A DNA stretch of 64,000 nt from assembly GCA_041662065.1 (NCBI GenBank), contig JBAZTE010000008.1, positions 78,595-142,594 of the forward strand, written 5' to 3'. The DNA comes from Bacteroidales bacterium (GTDB taxonomy: Bacteria; Bacteroidota; Bacteroidia; Bacteroidales; UBA12481). Positions 8,683-18,201 of the stretch are shown piece by piece (position 1 is the first letter of the stretch; each line of letters opens with the position of its first letter). The notes below the pieces were generated by a model that saw nothing but the letters and a program-made list of their open reading frames with translations, did no database searches and was not told the origin of the DNA. A program made the position numbers and the translations under genes.

Positions 8683-9351
8683 TCAGAATTGACCGAGCAG
8701 GACTCCTGCATAAGCCGAAAAGTCGCGCAGCTGCCGGTCGCCGATATAGCGGTTTCCGGCGCCTGTCACATAACGGTAGGTGACCCCGGCATGCAGCCGT
8801 ATGATCCTGCCTAACGCAACTTCGCCGTACAGTGCCGGTTCCAGTACAGGGAAGATCCTGAATCCGTCGTCGAACATGCCATCACCTTCAATTTTGGGCT
8901 TGCTCTGCAGAAATACCGCACCGGCGGCCATAAGCAGCGAAGTGCCAATAGTGATGGATTTTCCGGGCAGCAGAATGTACCCCACCTCCGGGCCGCCGTA
9001 CCCGATCTTCAGGTAACGGTTTGCCACGCCATCGGGATTATCTATCCATATCTGGTTGGCGATCCCGTACCCACCGCCGCCCACCGTAATCCGGTGGTTG
9101 AGGATGCACGATCCCCGCCCACCGGTCATGATGGCCAGCTGGTTGTTGAACCGGGTGAATTTCAGTGTCGGGCCACCGTAACCGGGATTCGTAATCAGGC
9201 TCGCCAGCCGCGAGGGAGACCTTTCCCCGGAAGCAGGGAGAAAGGTTTTAGCATTAACCTCTATTGGTTCCTGCGCGGTTAACGGAGCTGCCCGAAATAG
9301 CATGCATGGCATTAGGACCATGACAAAAAGCGAATGAAGAGTCCTGCACAT
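8683..9351 (-). CDS. glycine-rich secreted/outer-membrane protein of unknown function (222 aa)
   Basis: ORF track. It has a signal peptide (...RAAPLTAQE) and Gly-rich alternating segments (VGGGGYGIANQ, GYGGPEVGY). It is very GC-rich: 41 of 60 by hand count for 9061-9120. Confidence 0.55.
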   Translation of the reverse strand: MCRTLHSLFVMVLMPCMLFRAAPLTAQEPIEVNAKTFLPASGERSPSRLASLITNPGYGGPTLKFTRFNNQLAIMTGGRGSCILNHRITVGGGGYGIANQIWIDNPDGVANRYLKIGYGGPEVGYILLPGKSITIGTSLLMAAGAVFLQSKPKIEGDGMFDDGFRIFPVLEPALYGEVALGRIIRLHAGVTYRYVTGAGNRYIGDRQLRDFSAYAGVLLGQF

Positions 9352-9353
9352 TT

Positions 9354-9908
9354 TTATATCTTCAATCCTAATTTTAATAATAATCCAGAGTTAATATCTC
9401 CATTAAGATAGGGTTGTGAAAATATTTTCAAGCCAATTAAAACTCTATTAGTCAGTAAATAGGAGTTCTCAATAATTATATTGCACCCTAATGAATTACG
9501 CTTGTCAAATGAATAATCCAAGTCAACTAAAACTCCATTTTCATAATTGGCAGCTGATTGATAAGCGTCAGAAATTCCATAATAGGTCAACCCTGTCCCG
9601 ATTCTGAAATCAAATCGTCTGTTGTTTTTAAAAGGTGAAATATAAAAGTTTAAGTTTCCCTGAGTAAAAGAAGCTGTCTCGAGAGCTCCATAATTACTCC
9701 TTCCTAAATTAATCGATGCAGAGGTCGTAAAATATTGGTTTAATTTGTAATTAATCTCATTTTCATAATTAAAGGTCCTCATGTCACCTGAACTCAAAAG
9801 AGAAATCCCAGCTCCAGATCTGAAATCAAATTTATCGGATTTTTCTTGTCCAATCACCGGTAATGAAAAGGCAATCAGTGTACTAAATAACAGTGTTTTG
9901 AATCTCAT
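9354..9908 (-). CDS. small outer-membrane beta-barrel-like protein (184 aa)
   Basis: ORF track. It has a signal peptide (...SLPVIGQE), alternating hydrophobic/aromatic strands and the C-terminus LLKLGLKI. It is very AT-rich: 14 G+C of 60 for 9421-9480. Confidence 0.55.
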   Translation of the reverse strand: MRFKTLLFSTLIAFSLPVIGQEKSDKFDFRSGAGISLLSSGDMRTFNYENEINYKLNQYFTTSASINLGRSNYGALETASFTQGNLNFYISPFKNNRRFDFRIGTGLTYYGISDAYQSAANYENGVLVDLDYSFDKRNSLGCNIIIENSYLLTNRVLIGLKIFSQPYLNGDINSGLLLKLGLKI

Positions 9909-9945
9909 TTTTGCTTTTGTTTAATTGTTTAATTATTTAATGCCG

Positions 9946-10014
9946 CAAAGAAAATGATACCCTGAGTTTAATCAAAGGATAAAGTGATAGGCGGTCAGAT
10001 AAAAGGATTAGCGG
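9946..10014 (-). promoter_or_regulatory. operator+promoter module copy 4
   Basis: The reverse complement reads CCGCTAATCCttttatctgaCCGCCTATCACtttatccTTTGattaaactcagggtatcatTTTCTTTG. It lies 37 nt upstream of ATG 9908. Confidence 0.65.
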
Positions 10015-10019
10015 ATTCG

Positions 10020-11747
10020 CTACAAGGTCGGCAACCGGAATGCGGCCATTTCCTGAGCGTTGCGAACGACTACAATATCGCCAACCATCACCGGATGGTT
10101 CCAGGTTTTGCCCTTGATGGCCGGTATTCGTGCAAGCTCTCTGAACTGACCGGGGGTCGCTGATACCAGTGCCAGGTCACCCTTCTCGGTCAGCACCAGG
10201 ATTAAGTCCTGCTCTGCCAGTAATACTATGAAACCGCGATACGGGCTGCCCTTCCATTTTCGTGATCCGTCCCTGGTGTCGATACAGGCAATGCTGGGGC
10301 CATCAAAACCGTATGCAAACTCTTTATGGATGATAAAATCATTGAAATTCAGCTTCATCTTTTCCGACGTCCATACCTCTTTAGCTTTCCAGTTTCCTTG
10401 ATCATTTGTGACTTTAATCCGGCGGATGGCTTGGGTTTCACCGACAATCAGAAGGTCTCCGTCGCCAATCACAGCGGGTTGAAGAATGCGATCCTGCATT
10501 TCCCAATCATATTTCCAGAGTGGTTTGCCACCCTCCGGCTCGACACTTAGAGCACCGGTTTTACTCATCAGGAGTACCTGCTGAACACCAGCTATCGTGA
10601 CAAGATGCGGTGAACTGTAACTGCCTCCGCCGTCGTTGGCAAACCATGCCGGCTTGCCGGTTGCGATATCATAGCCCACGAGCTTGCCCGATAAAGAAAT
10701 GATCACGCGGTTGCCAACCACAAGCGGAGAACCAGCGAAGCCCCAGGGCAATACTTTCACATCGGCATCTGAAGCTGCATTTCGCGACCATATTACCCTG
10801 CCATCTCTTTCATCCAGTACATTAAGAATTCCTGTTCCACCCAGAGTATAAACAAGACCATTACTGAGTGTTGGAGTCGCACGTGGACCGGCTCCTGCGT
10901 GTGAATCCCAGAAGCGGGTAGAATCTCCATGACTCCAAACCGGTTCGCCGGTTTTCAGATTGTAGCAGGTAACCATCTCGTATTCACCGCGCTGTTCCTG
11001 CGTGAAGAGCAAAGTGCCATGGATTGCAAATGAGGAGCAACCGGGACCGACCGACCGCCGCCACATCTCAACCGGGGGTGATTTAACCCAATCCGTTGCG
11101 ATTTGCACAGCCGTGATCATGCCATCCCGGTTAGACCCCCGAAAGCCCGGCCATTCGGCTTTAGCTGCCATAGCTGCAGAATCCGGGGATACCGGTTTTA
11201 ATTTTGAGTTTGATTGGGCAAGAAACCGCTCCTCGGATGTCTTTGCCCATCTCCAAACTAACTCCTGATGGTTCGAACCATCCATTCCATCGGTACGGAG
11301 AAACACCCAGAACCCGGTAGCCACAAGTATGGTAGCAACCATAGTAACGCGACGGATTTTGTTGGAAAGGTTGCGCGTGGCAACCGCCCAAATCACGAAC
11401 GCAAGACTTAGTACAGGAACGGAAAAAAATATAAACATCAACCCCATATTTGAGGTCTGGATGGATATGTCAACGAACTGAGCTGTTATAAACAATGCCG
11501 CAATCATCAGGCCTATAGCACCCAGACGCTCGAACCATCGGGCACGGCTGAAAAAGCCCCACCAGATAATGAGTATAAAACCTCCTGCGACTCCGGTCAG
11601 AATTCCAACCTGCATAGCCAGGTCAGATGAAGTAACTGCAGTTAATCCGAACCGGATCAACCATTGCAAGGCTACAATAACGATTGCCGGCCAGAGCCTG
11701 AGTGGCTTCTGCTGCTTGTGTCCGGGGGTTGTTTTATCGGTTTTCAT
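10020..11747 (-). CDS. membrane protein with N-terminal TM bundle and PQQ-like (BamB-type) beta-propeller (575 aa)
   Basis: ORF track. There are about 5 hydrophobic segments in the first 170 aa. These are followed by repeated propeller-like motifs such as LFTQEQRGEYEMVTCYNLKTGEPVWS and LSGKLVGYDIATGKPAWF. Confidence 0.6.
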   Translation of the reverse strand: MKTDKTTPGHKQQKPLRLWPAIVIVALQWLIRFGLTAVTSSDLAMQVGILTGVAGGFILIIWWGFFSRARWFERLGAIGLMIAALFITAQFVDISIQTSNMGLMFIFFSVPVLSLAFVIWAVATRNLSNKIRRVTMVATILVATGFWVFLRTDGMDGSNHQELVWRWAKTSEERFLAQSNSKLKPVSPDSAAMAAKAEWPGFRGSNRDGMITAVQIATDWVKSPPVEMWRRSVGPGCSSFAIHGTLLFTQEQRGEYEMVTCYNLKTGEPVWSHGDSTRFWDSHAGAGPRATPTLSNGLVYTLGGTGILNVLDERDGRVIWSRNAASDADVKVLPWGFAGSPLVVGNRVIISLSGKLVGYDIATGKPAWFANDGGGSYSSPHLVTIAGVQQVLLMSKTGALSVEPEGGKPLWKYDWEMQDRILQPAVIGDGDLLIVGETQAIRRIKVTNDQGNWKAKEVWTSEKMKLNFNDFIIHKEFAYGFDGPSIACIDTRDGSRKWKGSPYRGFIVLLAEQDLILVLTEKGDLALVSATPGQFRELARIPAIKGKTWNHPVMVGDIVVVRNAQEMAAFRLPTL

Positions 11748-13245
11748 TTCTCTCCAGTTTTTGCTTTTGATAGATTTTCAGGCCGGTGAGACCAGACAGT
11801 AAATTACTGACCCGCTCAAATCCTTTTGATTTTAAGTAGTAGGCCGTTATGATTGAAAAAGTCCCGTGTTGGCAAACAACAAGAATATTCTTGTCCTTTG
11901 GGAGCTGAGTCAGCTGTTTTTCGATTTGGAAAAATGATGTTTCGTGTGAATTCGGCAGGCTTTTCAGATTCCTGCGCTGTGCTTGGAGCCGAACATCAAG
12001 AATATAGGTTTGTTGATCGAACAGAATGGATTCGTTCAGTTGCGCCGGTGTGATCATGTTCACCTGCAGTGTACGGCCTTCTGAGTAATCCAGGAGCACT
12101 TTGGAAAAGTACCGGATATCACGCTCCGAAGTGTCGCAACCCAGACTGATCCGGATAGTCTCCTGTGCCGCCTGGTCAGTCAGCCCGATGCTTTTCAGTA
12201 CATGTGAAGGTTTCTCTTCCTGCGTACTGCATGCCGATCCGCCTGATACAGCAATGCCATAAAAATCCAGCATGGCCATCAGCCCGGCACTGTTCATGTT
12301 CGGGAACGTTATACTGGCAGTGTTCGGCAAACAATCTTCTTCCGGAGAATTCAGTATACAATCCGGCTTGATCGACCTGATCTGATCAATCAACTGATTT
12401 TTTAAGACTCTGATCTTTTCTGCGCTGGCCAAATGTTTGGGAACCTCCTGGCACGCTGCGCCAAAGCCGGCAATATTGTGGAGACCTTCGGTGCCCGCAC
12501 GCATGCCGCTTTCCTGATGGCCGCCATGAATAAATGGTGCAAAGGGGCTGCCCTGTCTGACATATAGCGCCCCAACGCCCTTGGGGCCATATAACTTGTG
12601 CGCCGAGAATGAGGCGTAATCAATCCCCAGTTCGCCCACATCAACCGGAATCTTTCCAAACGCCTGTACACAATCCGAAAGTACCAGCACACCCTTTTGA
12701 TGCGCAATTTTCGTAATCGCCCGGACATCCTGTATGGTGCCGATTTCATTATTGGCCAACATACAGCAGATCAAAAAAGTATCCTGGTCAATCAGCTTCT
12801 CCAGTTCTTCCGGTGATACACGGCCCTGCCGGTCGACCGGACAGTATTCAACCACAATCCCGGTTGTTTTTAAAAATTCCAGTGTGTTGATCACGGAGGG
12901 ATGTTCCACCGGGGTTGAAATGATTTTATTCTTTAACGGATAAAAATGGTGGCTGACTGACTTTAACACCGCATTATTGGATTCAGTGGCACATCCGGTA
13001 AAGTAGATTTCATCAGGCTTCGCATGGATCGCCTTAGCCAGTTTCTGCCGGGCGTCCTCCATAATTTCGGCTGATTTTCTGGCAATTCCGTATAGTGCGG
13101 ATGGATTGCCGTAATCATGTTTCAGGACCTGATTCATTCTGCGCCGTACCTGGCTGCTCACGTGCGTCGTGGCATTATGATCAAGGTAAACATGACGCCG
13201 GAACCGCAGGCTATGTTTCAGAAATGCGAATTGTTTTATATCCAT
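11734..13245 (-). CDS. cysteine desulfurase (NifS/IscS class V aminotransferase) fused to a C-terminal rhodanese domain (503 aa)
   Basis: ORF track. It contains YLDHNATT, SFSAHKLYGPKGVGALY (PLP-Lys region) and GGSACS (catalytic Cys loop). The C-terminal ~100 aa carry a rhodanese-like active-site loop VVCQHGTFS. Confidence 0.8.
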   Translation of the reverse strand: MDIKQFAFLKHSLRFRRHVYLDHNATTHVSSQVRRRMNQVLKHDYGNPSALYGIARKSAEIMEDARQKLAKAIHAKPDEIYFTGCATESNNAVLKSVSHHFYPLKNKIISTPVEHPSVINTLEFLKTTGIVVEYCPVDRQGRVSPEELEKLIDQDTFLICCMLANNEIGTIQDVRAITKIAHQKGVLVLSDCVQAFGKIPVDVGELGIDYASFSAHKLYGPKGVGALYVRQGSPFAPFIHGGHQESGMRAGTEGLHNIAGFGAACQEVPKHLASAEKIRVLKNQLIDQIRSIKPDCILNSPEEDCLPNTASITFPNMNSAGLMAMLDFYGIAVSGGSACSTQEEKPSHVLKSIGLTDQAAQETIRISLGCDTSERDIRYFSKVLLDYSEGRTLQVNMITPAQLNESILFDQQTYILDVRLQAQRRNLKSLPNSHETSFFQIEKQLTQLPKDKNILVVCQHGTFSIITAYYLKSKGFERVSNLLSGLTGLKIYQKQKLERNENR

Positions 13246-13266
13246 GGGATTTCCTGTGCTGAAAAG

Positions 13267-14109
13267 TTAGGTGCGGGCGAGCAGATCAATCAGATTTTTG
13301 CACCCACCGCTTTTAATAAATTCGGTATGTTCGCCTATGCTATTAAAGCGCTGACCGCATATTTTATTGCATTGAAATTCATTACCTGTGAATTCCTGAA
13401 ACGCTTCCTGAATTTTGATGGCTTCAGTATTCGGGTACGGTGGATTCGCGGGATGTTTCTTGCAATAGGCAAGCGTTTTCATCCAAATAGCGGCACTCAG
13501 GGCACCGCATGCATTTCCGCTAAGCCCTAGGCCTCCTGCAAATCCGGCAACGATTACCATCTCTTCATCACTGGCACCCATTTTTTTTGCGACTTCCGAA
13601 GCACAACTCAGCGGTATATCCGGTATATCCTTCGGCACCGAAGAAAATCCTTTGCCGGCTGCATCGAGGGCTTCCGGAGCCCAGGTTGCTGCAAAATTCA
13701 TACACCCTATCGGTTTCCCTGTCAGAAAGAATTTTGCCATGCCCCATTTGGTTGTGGTATCGAACAGGGTTATGTCGCGGCAATTGACGGTTTTTTTCCT
13801 GATATAGAAGGATTCCATAAGGTGCTGGGTAGCCGTTATAGCTGCTGCAACTGCCTGCCCGTGATCCTGGTACCTTCGCCGGGCTTCTGCCCCAACTGCC
13901 AGGGAAGCCCCCCACAACATGCCGCACTGATACCCTCTTTGCATGATTCCACCACTGAACGGGTCGGCTGCATACTCCTCGGCTGGTTTAGGGTAGCCGT
14001 ATTCCCGGTTTAAAATATAAAAAAGTGCGGTTGAGCAGGGTCCTTTGGACCAGAATAACTTTCTCGTATCGCTTTTTCGGATTTTCATAATTTTTGAACA
14101 TTCAATCAA
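13267..14109 (-). CDS. C_GCAxxG_C_C family putative redox protein, two-domain (280 aa)
   Basis: ORF track. The signature NACGALSAAIWMKTLAYC (C-GCAxxG...C) is present, plus an N-terminal degenerate copy (YQCGMLWGASLAVG). Cys-rich C-terminal motifs are also present. Confidence 0.65.
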   Translation of the reverse strand: MIECSKIMKIRKSDTRKLFWSKGPCSTALFYILNREYGYPKPAEEYAADPFSGGIMQRGYQCGMLWGASLAVGAEARRRYQDHGQAVAAAITATQHLMESFYIRKKTVNCRDITLFDTTTKWGMAKFFLTGKPIGCMNFAATWAPEALDAAGKGFSSVPKDIPDIPLSCASEVAKKMGASDEEMVIVAGFAGGLGLSGNACGALSAAIWMKTLAYCKKHPANPPYPNTEAIKIQEAFQEFTGNEFQCNKICGQRFNSIGEHTEFIKSGGCKNLIDLLART

Positions 14110-15064
14110 TTAACGAAATCGCAATATTTCCAGTCTTTTGTTTTTCTTCAACATACCTATGAGCATCTCCAATTTGTGTAAATGTAAAAGTTCTGTCAAT
14201 TATGGGTTTGACAATACCTTTTTCTGCCAATTCTTTTATCATTATCAGATAATTACTTTTGTTTATTGACATGGCAAATATGACTCTTTTACCACCAACA
14301 AGTTTTGTCCAGATTGTTTGTATTAAAGGTGCAAATTTTATCATTGTTACAAGATAGAACCCATTGGGATTCAACAGATGTTTACATTCGGAAAATGAAC
14401 TTTTTGTTGCTGTGTCAAAAATAATATCGAACCTCTCCCTGATTTGAGTAAAGTCCTGTTTTGTATAATCTATTACTTCTACAGCTCCGTTTGATTTTAC
14501 AAACTCGACATTTTTGGAACTGCAAACTCCGGTTACTTCTGCTCCAAAATGATTAGCTAATTGAGTTGCGTAGGTGCCAATACTTCCGGAAGCACCGATA
14601 ATAAGCACTTTTTGTCCTCTTTTTATTTTACCTTTTTCTTTAAGAAAAAATAGTGCGGTTGATGCACCATCAACCAGGACGGCAGATTCCTCGTGGGTTA
14701 AATTATTTGGCCTTGGAGCAAGAGAACCATTTTCAGGCATACATTTATACTCCGCATAGGCACCAAGTCCAAATCCTGTAAATCCATATACTTCATCACC
14801 TTTGCTGAACTTTTTAACATTCTTTCCGATGGACTCGATCTGACCAGAAAATTCTGTTCCTAATATTTTCTTCCGGGGACTGTTAAAACCAAGAAAAAGC
14901 TTATCAACCCAAGATTCAGCTTTGCGCATCAAACAATCAGCTTTTGTAACGGATGTCGCAAATACTTTGATTAATACTTCATTGTCTTTGGGTACAGGCT
15001 TCTCTATTTCTTTAACTTTTAATACATCAGAGGAACCATACTTTTCATATACGATTGCTTTCAT
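14102..15064 (-). CDS. MDR-superfamily NAD(P)H:quinone oxidoreductase / zinc-type alcohol dehydrogenase-like (320 aa)
   Basis: ORF track. It has the N-terminus MKAIVYEKYG and a Rossmann motif GASGSIGTYATQLA. It is a paralogue of 15118-16065 and 18202-19149. Confidence 0.8.
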   Translation of the reverse strand: MKAIVYEKYGSSDVLKVKEIEKPVPKDNEVLIKVFATSVTKADCLMRKAESWVDKLFLGFNSPRKKILGTEFSGQIESIGKNVKKFSKGDEVYGFTGFGLGAYAEYKCMPENGSLAPRPNNLTHEESAVLVDGASTALFFLKEKGKIKRGQKVLIIGASGSIGTYATQLANHFGAEVTGVCSSKNVEFVKSNGAVEVIDYTKQDFTQIRERFDIIFDTATKSSFSECKHLLNPNGFYLVTMIKFAPLIQTIWTKLVGGKRVIFAMSINKSNYLIMIKELAEKGIVKPIIDRTFTFTQIGDAHRYVEEKQKTGNIAISLID

Positions 15065-15117
15065 ATTACGGTTATAACTGCTTTCATTTTATTCATATGA
15101 TTTCATTTGCTATTTTT

Positions 15118-16065
15118 TTATTTGATTTTTATTGCTACTCCGCCTTTCTTATGGCCTTTCCCAACATAGTGGTGAGCTTCGACAATCTCTTCAAATCCAA
15201 AGCATTTGTCAATAATTGGTTTTATATGCCCGGCTTCAACCAACTCTTTGATTAAATCAAGACGCTTTGAATCTAACAACAAATTACCATTATCAATCGA
15301 TACGTATTTTCCATTTGGTGCAAGAGCTTTTTTACATGCCTTTTTCAATTTTGATGTTTTACTTTTGCCAACTGCATCCAGTATAAAATCGTATTGTACT
15401 ACCGGGCTTATAGTATTCTCTTTGGTATAATCAATTACAATATCGGCTCCCAGAGATTTTACCAACTCCAAATTTGACGTGCTGCATACCCCTGTAACTT
15501 TAGCCCCCAAGTACTTGGCTAATTGAATTGCCATTGTTCCGGATGTTCCTGAAGCTCCATAAATAAGCACTTTTTGTCCAGGTTGGATATTTCCCTTTTC
15601 CATATATTGAAAGGCTAACAGTCCACCATAGGCCGCCACTGTCGCTTCTTCATAGGATAGATTATTTGGTTTTATTGCCAGACACCCATACGTCGAATCT
15701 GTTTCTTTCATGCATTTGTACTCAGCATAAGCACCCAGTCCAAATCCTGTAAGCCCATAAACCTGGTCACCTGTTCTAAATCTGGTAACGTGTTGACCAA
15801 CAGCTTCAATTTCTCCTGCCAGCACTAATCCTATGATGGATTTTCGCGGTTTTCTCAATCCGATCATTAAGCGAAAAGGAATTATAAGAGACAAAGACAC
15901 CTTCGAGCTACGAATGAAAATATCACTGGCTGTTACTGCTGTTGCAAATATTTTAATTAACACTTCATTATCCTTTGGGATAGGCTTTTCTACTTTCCTG
16001 ATTTGCAGGACCTCAGGTGGTCCGTATTTCGTACATATAATTGCTTTCATTTTAACCAATATCAT
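15118..16065 (-). CDS. MDR-superfamily NAD(P)H:quinone oxidoreductase-like (paralogue 2)
   Basis: ORF track. It contains GASGTSGTMAIQLA. The start is either 16065 (an ATGA overlap with the stop of 16062-16517) or 16050 ([15 protein letters not shown], matching its paralogues). Confidence 0.8.
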   Translation of the reverse strand: MILVKMKAIICTKYGPPEVLQIRKVEKPIPKDNEVLIKIFATAVTASDIFIRSSKVSLSLIIPFRLMIGLRKPRKSIIGLVLAGEIEAVGQHVTRFRTGDQVYGLTGFGLGAYAEYKCMKETDSTYGCLAIKPNNLSYEEATVAAYGGLLAFQYMEKGNIQPGQKVLIYGASGTSGTMAIQLAKYLGAKVTGVCSTSNLELVKSLGADIVIDYTKENTISPVVQYDFILDAVGKSKTSKLKKACKKALAPNGKYVSIDNGNLLLDSKRLDLIKELVEAGHIKPIIDKCFGFEEIVEAHHYVGKGHKKGGVAIKIK

Positions 16066-16517
16066 TTTTTGGTCAATTTTGGCTCTTGTACCTTATCTTT
16101 TACTGATATTCCCACACCGGTAACTGTTACTTCTCTTTTATTATAATTGACTAAGAGCAAAGGAACTGTAAATTTCTTTATTTGTTGTCTTGGCAGTATA
16201 AGTGCATCTGCATTGGGTAAATTATCAACAGCGTTATAATATGCGCTTTCATACAATTCAGTATTTGTTTTATGCTTGCCTATCGGAAAAAAAAGTAAAT
16301 AAAATCTCGATGTGGACGCACTTCCTGTTGTTGTTTGTAACACATTATAGTCTTTACTTTGCAGAGCTTCAATTTGTGCTGCATTGTTAATTGAGAATTC
16401 GTTACTTTGATTTTGATTAGTCCTGCTAAATATCGGAAGAGAAACGCTACAAGATGAAAGCACGATAATTACTAAACTTAGAATTAGCAGATTTTGGAAA
16501 ATTGTTTTTTTAATCAT
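16062..16517 (-). CDS. lipoprotein of unknown function (151 aa)
   Basis: ORF track. The signal peptide has a lipobox-like LSSC. Confidence 0.5.
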   Translation of the reverse strand: MIKKTIFQNLLILSLVIIVLSSCSVSLPIFSRTNQNQSNEFSINNAAQIEALQSKDYNVLQTTTGSASTSRFYLLFFPIGKHKTNTELYESAYYNAVDNLPNADALILPRQQIKKFTVPLLLVNYNKREVTVTGVGISVKDKVQEPKLTKK

Positions 16518-16549
16518 GATATTTATTTTAATAGTTTGTAATTTATTTT

Positions 16550-17173
16550 TTAAAATTTGAATCCAAAGTGAAGTCCCGGCTCAAACAAAAAATAGTTCGG
16601 CCATTTACTTTCCACCTGGGCAAAGGCTTCAGGAACGTTCGTATTAATTGGCCAGTGGGTTATTGCCACCGAGGGCTCTATGAAAAATCGGTTTTTAAAG
16701 AATTGAAAATGATAACCCAATCGATAGGTCATAAATAACTGGTAACCGTTTTGAATGTGTTTATTGTCTTCATCCATGTATCTTTGTAACATATTTCCAG
16801 CATCAATGGAGGTATACGCTCCTTTCCACCAAAAATGTTGAAACACTAAACCAATACCAAATGCCCTGACATATCCATTATATCCCTCCCCCGGTGCCTG
16901 AAAGGATTTTCCGTAGGGTATTCCCAGGGGCCAGCCATATTTCCATGTTTTTGCTTCAATTGAAATGACATTTTTAGGAGTAATCCGATATCCAAAGTGG
17001 AGTTGAACCAAATCAGGTGGATTAGTGTCACCAGGGATAAAATTTCCCAACTCCCAAAGAGTACTTCCTACAAAAAACTTCCGGTAAGTTGAATCTTTCG
17101 CTTGAGTTTGGCTATTAGCCTTTGTAAAAGCCAGGGCAAGAACCATCACTAATAAGAACAATTTTGAATTCAT
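16550..17173 (-). CDS. outer-membrane beta-barrel-like protein of unknown function (207 aa)
   Basis: ORF track. It has a signal peptide (...FTKANSQ), is rich in aromatic residues, and ends in Phe (HFGFKF) as is typical of OM barrels. Confidence 0.55.
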   Translation of the reverse strand: MNSKLFLLVMVLALAFTKANSQTQAKDSTYRKFFVGSTLWELGNFIPGDTNPPDLVQLHFGYRITPKNVISIEAKTWKYGWPLGIPYGKSFQAPGEGYNGYVRAFGIGLVFQHFWWKGAYTSIDAGNMLQRYMDEDNKHIQNGYQLFMTYRLGYHFQFFKNRFFIEPSVAITHWPINTNVPEAFAQVESKWPNYFLFEPGLHFGFKF

Positions 17174-17200
17174 AGCATTTTATTTAATTGAATAATGGAC

Positions 17201-17270
17201 GCGAAGAAAAGTATAACCCATTATCAATCAAAGGAGAAAGTGATAAGCGGTCAGATAATCGGATAAATGG
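17201..17270 (-). promoter_or_regulatory. operator+promoter module copy 5
   Basis: The reverse complement reads CCATTTATCCgattatctgaCCGCTTATCACtttctccTTTGattgataatgggttatacTTTTCTTCG. It lies 27 nt upstream of ATG 17173. The distal repeat is weaker. Confidence 0.6.
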
Positions 17271-17324
17271 TTTGGTTGGCAGTTATTTATTTTTCTTTTT
17301 GTTTTAGACCGCCTGGGGTTACCA

Positions 17325-18170
17325 TCACCGAACCAGGATCAACTCCCCCGTGTTCATTGTTTGAATCTTCATTCCCAACTTTTCCCTGATCGACCTGAAG
17401 TTGGCCTCTCCGGTGCAGTGACCGGTATAGAATACCAAATTCATCACTTGCATTTCTGCTGTCAATTTTGCAATGTAAGCCGGGGTCTCATCTTTCTTGC
17501 TGATGGGATTATGAATATGTAAGCCGCCGAAAACGGCTTTGATTTTTTCGTCTGGAAAGACGCTCCTGACCTTTTCAATGATATTCATGATCCCTGAATG
17601 GGAGCATCCGGAGAATATGACCAGCTCATCATGTTCAGTAAGCACCATCGCCAACTCATGTCTGAACATGTCTGGAATTAACTGTTTATCAAGCTTTTCA
17701 AACAGGGCTTTGTTTGCTTCGGGTTGAGGAAATCCAGATGGGAATCCTTCCACTAATAAAACGTCCTGGTCAATGGATGTATCTTTATCAATAAAATGAA
17801 TTCTTTCAGCATACTGATTAAAAAGCTTTTGATCCAGACCCACATAATAGGGAATCAGCGTTGAAATCTTTGTGTAAAATTTGTGGAATGCCAACCGGTG
17901 AAGATACACTTTTGCTTTCCGGTTCAGATTCAGAAAGTGCTTTAATCCACCTCCACGGTCAAAATGTCCATGGGAAATTATCACGTAATCAATCTCCGAC
18001 AGATCAATTCCCATTTTAATTGCATTTCGTATAAACAAATCGGATTGCCCGGTATCGAATAGTATTTTTCTTTCACCGAATTCTATGAACAGACTGATTC
18101 CGTGCTCTGATTTAACATTCCGGGAATTGGTTTGACAAACTGAATTTTCGGCAAGTACTGCTATTTTCAT
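17325..18170 (-). CDS. MBL-fold metallo-hydrolase (281 aa)
   Basis: ORF track. It carries the HxHxDH-type motif ISHGHFDRGGG and later His/Asp ligand positions. Confidence 0.75.
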   Translation of the reverse strand: MKIAVLAENSVCQTNSRNVKSEHGISLFIEFGERKILFDTGQSDLFIRNAIKMGIDLSEIDYVIISHGHFDRGGGLKHFLNLNRKAKVYLHRLAFHKFYTKISTLIPYYVGLDQKLFNQYAERIHFIDKDTSIDQDVLLVEGFPSGFPQPEANKALFEKLDKQLIPDMFRHELAMVLTEHDELVIFSGCSHSGIMNIIEKVRSVFPDEKIKAVFGGLHIHNPISKKDETPAYIAKLTAEMQVMNLVFYTGHCTGEANFRSIREKLGMKIQTMNTGELILVR

Positions 18171-18201
18171 TTTATTAAAAATTCCTGAAACTGATCAATA
18201 A

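Noticed and set aside
7726-9282. Many 60-210-aa ORFs on both strands (e.g. 7758-8384 +, 8020-8301 -, 8087-8308 +, 8780-9016 +, 9094-9282 +)
   Set aside because: They overlap the two GC-rich CDSs 7509-8654 and 8683-9351, have Arg/Pro/Gly-rich compositions typical of out-of-frame high-GC DNA, and show no recognisable motifs.
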